A stretch of 64,000 nt of DNA. Source: Phoronis australis. Its lineage: Eukaryota > Animalia > Phoronida. Within the stretch, counting starts at the first letter, position 1. The number at the start of each line of letters is the position of its first letter. The DNA is taken from assembly GCA_002633005.1 (NCBI GenBank), contig NMRA01000401.1:17629-81628 (forward strand), read 5' to 3'. Below the pieces are notes generated by a model. It did not search any database, was not told the DNA's origin, and worked only from the letters and a program-made list of their open reading frames with translations. Made by a program: the position numbers and the translations under genes. Shown one piece after another: positions 63,458 through 64,000 of this stretch.

Positions 63458-64000
63458 GTATGTAGCGTAGAAAATATATCTGAAACTAAATAAGGCGATC
63501 CAGATCCTCCCAAGGATACTATTGTTTCGTGAAATGAAGAATATAAATCGGTAAATAAAACAACAAGAATGGATCAACTGAAATTTGAAATTTTCGGAGG
63601 TAACAACTTCCTTTATCAACAAAAACAGAAATAAAGTAAAATCAAACACGAAATGACAATTGACATATAAGATATGGTGTAATGAAAATGATACATTTTT
63701 GCGTAAAAAATTCAATGACATATTTTAAGTTTTTATGTTCAATCCATGAGGTTCTATTGTATTCAGTTTGTCTATCCAATATTGTTCTCTTTTAAGTCTG
63801 TGAGGGGTACTGGGGTGTTGGAGTTTTTCTATTATTTGTACAGAAAGATCTTGAATATTATGGTTTTTGGAATTGAAATGATTACCTACAGTATCAGAAA
63901 TGTTTTTATGTATTATGTTAAATCTATGATTACGAAACCGAGTTTGTAGATTATGTTGAGTTTGTCCTACGTATTGGATAGAACATTTTTTACAAGTTAT

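Overview
Eukaryotic, intron-rich animal DNA; the repeat content suggests a marine invertebrate, possibly lophotrochozoan (inference). I spliced four protein-coding genes by hand. (1) The 3' two-thirds of MTHFR (+, 1 to about 11634, 3' UTR to about 14130). It has two short duplicated segments, each next to a single N, that look like uncollapsed haplotypes. Its longest intron holds a candidate 77-nt frame-shifting (poison) cassette exon. (2) A complete 10-exon, 620-aa secreted protein (-, 35034-16264) with the order signal peptide, VWA (intact MIDAS), VWD (GDPH), C8, TIL, TILa. (3) METTL25 (-, 58654-50494, 602 aa). (4) The first coding exon of CIP2A (+, 63356-63457), head-to-head with METTL25. 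The rest is rich in mobile elements: a decayed near-full-length L1/Tx1-type LINE, an RTE 5' fragment, a Penelope-like insertion carrying a minimal hammerhead ribozyme, a Kolobok-like THAP relic, a possible KDZ/CxC transposon fossil, several MITE families, a HINE-like element, a tRNA-derived SINE and minisatellites. No prokaryotic features or CRISPR arrays are present. Most short ORFs in the supplied track are spurious.
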